Translations under genes and position numbers: made by a program
Shown: in pieces, positions 27,051-30,306 of the stretch
Layout of the letters: each line of letters begins with the position of its first letter
Position numbering within the stretch: the stretch's first letter is position 1
Assembly: GCA_964654465.1 (NCBI GenBank)
Contig: CAZZIO010000034.1
Coordinates: 1-30,306 of the forward strand
Source: an uncultured Dictyoglomota bacterium
Lineage (GTDB): Bacteria > Dictyoglomota > Dictyoglomia > Dictyoglomales > Dictyoglomaceae
Length of the DNA: 30,306 nt
Reading direction: 5' to 3'
The notes under the pieces: generated by a model
Seen by the model: only the letters and a program-made list of their open reading frames with translations
Databases searched by the model: none
What the model was told of the DNA's origin: nothing

Positions 27051-29657
27051 ATGAGAATAAGCCAACAAATAAGAGAGAAATTTACACAATATTTCGTTAG
27101 AAATGGCCATTTACATTTACCCAGTGCATCTTTAGTTCCTGCAGATGATCCCACATTACTTTTTACCACTGCTGGGATGGTTCCTTTTAAACCATATTTT
27201 TTAGGGCAAGGTATACCCCCTAAAAGGCGTATTACCACAATTCAAAAATGTTTTCGAACTACAGACATAGAAAAGGTCGGCCTTACCCCAAGGCACTTAA
27301 CTTTTTTAGAGATGCTTGGTAATTTTTCTTTTGGTGATTATTTTAAGAAGGAAGCGATTGGTTTTGCTTATGAATTCTTGACGAAAGAATTAGAGATTCC
27401 TTTATCAAGAATTTGGATTTCTGTATACGAGGAAGATGATGAGGCTTTTGAAATTTGGAATAAAATTATGGGAATTCCAAAAGAAAGAATAGTAAGATTA
27501 GGAAAAGTGGATAATTTCTGGGGTCCTCCAGGACCCACGGGACCTTGTGGTCCATGTTCTGAGATATATTATGATTTTGGTCCCAAATCTAAGGAGGAAG
27601 AAAATTGCAAGCCAGGTGATCCTTGCGATCGTTTTATGGAGATATGGAATTTAGTATTTATGGCTTACTATATGGATGAAGAGGGAAAACTTTCTCCTTT
27701 ACCTCAGAAAAATATAGATACAGGAATGGGGCTTGAGAGAATAGTAACAGTTGTTGAGAATGTTAGTAATGTTTTTGAAACAGATCTTTTTCAACCAATT
27801 ATTCAAAAGGTAAAAGAAATTATTAAGGATTCTGATTTGGTTACAGAAAGAATGGTTTCAGATCATATTAGAGCTATAACTTTTCTTATGAGTGATGGTG
27901 TGGTTCCTACTAATGAGGGAAGAGGCTATGTTTTGAGAAGGTTAATAAGAAGAGCATTAAGAAGAGCTTATAAGTTAGGAGTGAAAGAGCCTTTTCTTTA
28001 CAAAATTGTGCCTACTGTTGTAGAAGTAATGGAAGATGCTTATCCTGAATTGGAAGAAAAATCTGACTATATTATGAAAGTACTTATCAAAGAAGAGGAG
28101 CAATTTATAAGAACCTTAGAGCAAGGTCTTAATCTTTTGGAGGATTATTTTAGAAAATCTACAAGTAAAGTTGTTAATAGTGAATTTGCTTTCAAACTTT
28201 ATGATACTTATGGTTTTCCTATTGAATTGACGCAGGAAATTGCAGAAGAGGTAGGATTTAAAGTTGATATTGAAGGATTTAATAAAGAAATGGAGAAACA
28301 AAGAGAGAAAGCAAGATTATCTACTCAAGAAAAACTTGAAAGTACATTCATATCATTATCCGATGATGAGGTATATCAATTAAGGGAGATTCCTAACACT
28401 GAATTTGTAGGATATGATACTCTTTCTTCTGAAAGCAACGTTCTTTTTTTCTTAGGAAATAAACATAATAAAGAAATAAAAGAAGAGGAAGAAGTATACT
28501 TTGTATTAGATAAAACACCATTTTATCCAGAAAGTGGAGGTCAAGTTGCAGATACTGGCAAGGTATTTAATGATAATGTGGAGGTAATAGTTTCTGATGT
28601 AAGAAAACTTGGAGATAAATTTATTCTTCATAAAGGAAAAGTAGTTAAAGGAATCTTTAAGGAAGGGATGAAGGTTAAGGCAGAAGTAGATAAAGAAAGA
28701 AGATATCATACTATGAGACATCATACTGCCACCCATTTATTACATTCAGCTCTTAGGAAGATTTTAGGTAATCATATTATGCAATCTGGATCTTTAGTTT
28801 CTCCAGAATTTTTAAGATTTGATTTTACTCACCATTCTCCTATAATAGATGAGGAATTGAGACTTATTGAGAGAGAGATAAATAAAAATATTTTATCAAA
28901 TTTTAAAGTTGATAAATTCTGGACTACATTAGATGAAGCAAGAAAAATGGGAGCAATAGCTTTATTTACTGAAAAGTATCAGAAGGATGTTAGGGTCATT
29001 AAAATTGAGGATGTTAGTATGGAGCTTTGTGGTGGTACTCATGTAGATTATACGGGAGAGATAGGAAGTTTTTACATTTTCAGAGAAGAAGGAATTGGGA
29101 GTGGAATAAGAAGGATATTTGCAGTATGTGGAATTAAAGCTTGGGAATATCAGAAAGAAAAGGAAAGTATTCTTAAAAAGTCTATGGATTTATTAGGTGC
29201 AAATAATATGGAAGAAATACCTTTAAGAATTGAAAGATTAATTTCAGAGTTAAAAGAAAAAGATAAAAAGATAGAAAATCTAGAGGAAGAAATAATTAAA
29301 AAAGAATCCTCTAATTTACTAAATAAAATTGAGATGATTAGGGATATAGCTATACTTTGTGAAATTGTTGACATGGATAATGAGGCTATAAAAAGATTGG
29401 GAGATTATTTAAAGAGTAAAAAAGAAAATCTTGTTATAGTTTTTCTAAAAGAGATTGATGGACGTTTTACAGGTACAGTTATGATAAGTCCTAAGTTAGT
29501 AGATAGAAATATTCTTGCTAAAGATATAGTAAGAGTAATAACAGAAGAGTTTAAAGGAAGAGGTGGAGGAAGGGATACATTAGCACAGTTTAATATTCCT
29601 AAAATAGATATCACAAGAATTAAGGAATATTTGAAGGATTATTTTAAAAACAAATGA
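27051..29657 (+). CDS. alaS: Alanine--tRNA ligase
   Basis: DPTLLFT.AGM, H.TF.EMLGNFSFGDYFK, GPCGPCSEI, DTGMGLER, editing HTATHLLH and ELCGGTH, C-terminal GRGGG. Confidence 0.99.
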   Translation: MRISQQIREKFTQYFVRNGHLHLPSASLVPADDPTLLFTTAGMVPFKPYFLGQGIPPKRRITTIQKCFRTTDIEKVGLTPRHLTFLEMLGNFSFGDYFKKEAIGFAYEFLTKELEIPLSRIWISVYEEDDEAFEIWNKIMGIPKERIVRLGKVDNFWGPPGPTGPCGPCSEIYYDFGPKSKEEENCKPGDPCDRFMEIWNLVFMAYYMDEEGKLSPLPQKNIDTGMGLERIVTVVENVSNVFETDLFQPIIQKVKEIIKDSDLVTERMVSDHIRAITFLMSDGVVPTNEGRGYVLRRLIRRALRRAYKLGVKEPFLYKIVPTVVEVMEDAYPELEEKSDYIMKVLIKEEEQFIRTLEQGLNLLEDYFRKSTSKVVNSEFAFKLYDTYGFPIELTQEIAEEVGFKVDIEGFNKEMEKQREKARLSTQEKLESTFISLSDDEVYQLREIPNTEFVGYDTLSSESNVLFFLGNKHNKEIKEEEEVYFVLDKTPFYPESGGQVADTGKVFNDNVEVIVSDVRKLGDKFILHKGKVVKGIFKEGMKVKAEVDKERRYHTMRHHTATHLLHSALRKILGNHIMQSGSLVSPEFLRFDFTHHSPIIDEELRLIEREINKNILSNFKVDKFWTTLDEARKMGAIALFTEKYQKDVRVIKIEDVSMELCGGTHVDYTGEIGSFYIFREEGIGSGIRRIFAVCGIKAWEYQKEKESILKKSMDLLGANNMEEIPLRIERLISELKEKDKKIENLEEEIIKKESSNLLNKIEMIRDIAILCEIVDMDNEAIKRLGDYLKSKKENLVIVFLKEIDGRFTGTVMISPKLVDRNILAKDIVRVITEEFKGRGGGRDTLAQFNIPKIDITRIKEYLKDYFKNK

Positions 29658-30094
29658 GTAGATATCTTGGAATAGATTGGGGAGAAAAATATATAGGTTT
29701 TGCTATTTCTGATCCGTTAGGGGTTATAGCTCAAGGATTAGATGTTATAGAGTTTAAAAACGAAAAATCCTTTTTCGACTATCTCAAAGGTATACTTCAA
29801 AGATATGATATTGAAGGGATAGTGATTGGCTATCCGATAAGCTTAAGAGGACATGAGAATGAGAAAACAGAAAAAATAAAAGAATTATCTAAGAAAATAG
29901 AAGAAAAATTTAAAATCAAAACCTATTTAGTAGATGAAAGATTCACTACTATGGAGGTAGAGAGGGTTTTAATAGAGGCTAATGTTAAAAGAAAGGATAG
30001 AAAGATTATTAAGAATAAGCAGTCAGCAATAATTATACTACAAAAGTTTTTGTCATCCATACAACTTGACATCGAAGAACAAGAAAAGGTATAA
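29654..30094 (+). CDS. ruvX: YqgF/RuvX family nuclease (putative pre-16S rRNA nuclease / Holliday junction resolvase-like)
   Basis: LGID.G.K.IG.A.SD, IVIG.P, DER.TT, SA.IILQ.FL; conserved position after alaS. Confidence 0.93.
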   Translation: MSRYLGIDWGEKYIGFAISDPLGVIAQGLDVIEFKNEKSFFDYLKGILQRYDIEGIVIGYPISLRGHENEKTEKIKELSKKIEEKFKIKTYLVDERFTTMEVERVLIEANVKRKDRKIIKNKQSAIIILQKFLSSIQLDIEEQEKV

Positions 30095-30095
30095 T
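30066..30095 (+). promoter_or_regulatory. Consensus Sigma70/SigA promoter for tRNA-Val and the downstream T-box
   Basis: TTGACA (30066-30071), 18-nt spacer, TATAAT (30090-30095), 12 nt before the tRNA; lies within the yqgF 3' end. Confidence 0.8.
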
Positions 30096-30107
30096 TTTGC
30101 ATTGTAA

Positions 30108-30182
30108 GGGCGCGTAGCTCAGTGGGAGAGCACTATCTTGACGCGGTAGGGGTCGGTGGTTCAATCCCACCCGCGCCCACCA
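30108..30182 (+). tRNA. tRNA-Val (anticodon GAC)
   Basis: Acceptor stem GGGCGCG/CGCGCCC, discriminator A and encoded CCA; D-arm GCTC/GAGC; anticodon arm CTATC-TTGACGC-GGTAG; T-arm GGTGG-TTCAATC-CCACC. Confidence 0.97.
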
Positions 30183-30190
30183 TAAGAGAA

Positions 30191-30306
30191 AAGGCGAAGA
30201 AGAGGAAAGTAATCTATTTCAGATATACAGAGAGGAAGACGAGAAGCTGGAAGTCTTCCATATCTGAAATAGATGAAAACCACCTTGGAGCTTCCTGTTG
30301 AAATTC
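30191..30306 (+). promoter_or_regulatory. T-box riboswitch leader (stem I complete, remainder beyond the window); specifier most likely ACC (Thr)
   Basis: GA motif, AGTA box, 15-bp helix ATCTATTTCAGATAT/ATATCTGAAATAGAT, AG bulge ACAGAGA, apical GGAAGAC/GTCTTCC with GCTGGAA loop motif, specifier loop GAA-A-ACC-A followed by CCTTGGAG. Confidence 0.85.

Noticed and set aside
640-29614. All minus-strand ORFs in the track (e.g. 640-1032, 9137-9592, 15402-15689, 27017-27238)
   Set aside because: Each lies antisense to a conserved housekeeping gene, is rich in Ser/Phe/Ile/Leu as expected from the complement of a purine-rich strand, and shows no recognisable motif.
30212-30274. 15-bp perfect inverted repeat after the tRNA, considered as an IS end, att site or terminator
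   Set aside because: It is fully explained as T-box stem I; no transposase, integrase or U-tract is visible.
1-30306. CRISPR arrays, IS elements, introns, inteins, frameshifted pseudogenes
   Set aside because: I saw no spaced direct repeats or transposase/integrase ORFs, and the recognised genes have intact frames of roughly family-typical length.

Overview
AT-rich bacterial core-genome window, with every supported gene on the + strand. Bases 1-20146 hold a contiguous translation supercluster: tuf, the S10/spc/alpha ribosomal protein genes, secY-adk-map-infA-rpmJ, rpoA-rplQ, an ECF transporter module (ecfA1-ecfA2-ecfT), truA and rplM-rpsI. rpmD (uL30) is missing from its usual position. Downstream are an AMMECR1-domain gene and a radical SAM gene (AmmeMemoRadiSam A and S, with no MEMO1/B gene in the window), a membrane-anchored OB-fold-like protein, glmM, a complete glmS ribozyme, glmS, acpS, a TPR membrane protein, a probable 6S RNA, alaS, yqgF/ruvX, tRNA-Val(GAC) and stem I of a T-box riboswitch (specifier most likely ACC, Thr) that runs off the window end. 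The EF-Tu sequence, Zn-ribbon ribosomal proteins and gene order suggest a thermophile resembling Dictyoglomus (inference from recall, not verified). I saw no mobile element, CRISPR array or prophage. The most interesting observations are at the RNA level: (1) the glmS ribozyme scissile bond falls immediately after the last base of the glmM stop codon; (2) the ribozyme is followed by a competing hairpin and a 12-bp hairpin that would bury the glmS Shine-Dalgarno; (3) a tRNA gene sits about 8 nt upstream of a T-box with a non-matching specifier; (4) the amrA-amrS pair appears co-transcribed with rplM-rpsI. All structures were paired by eye, not computed.
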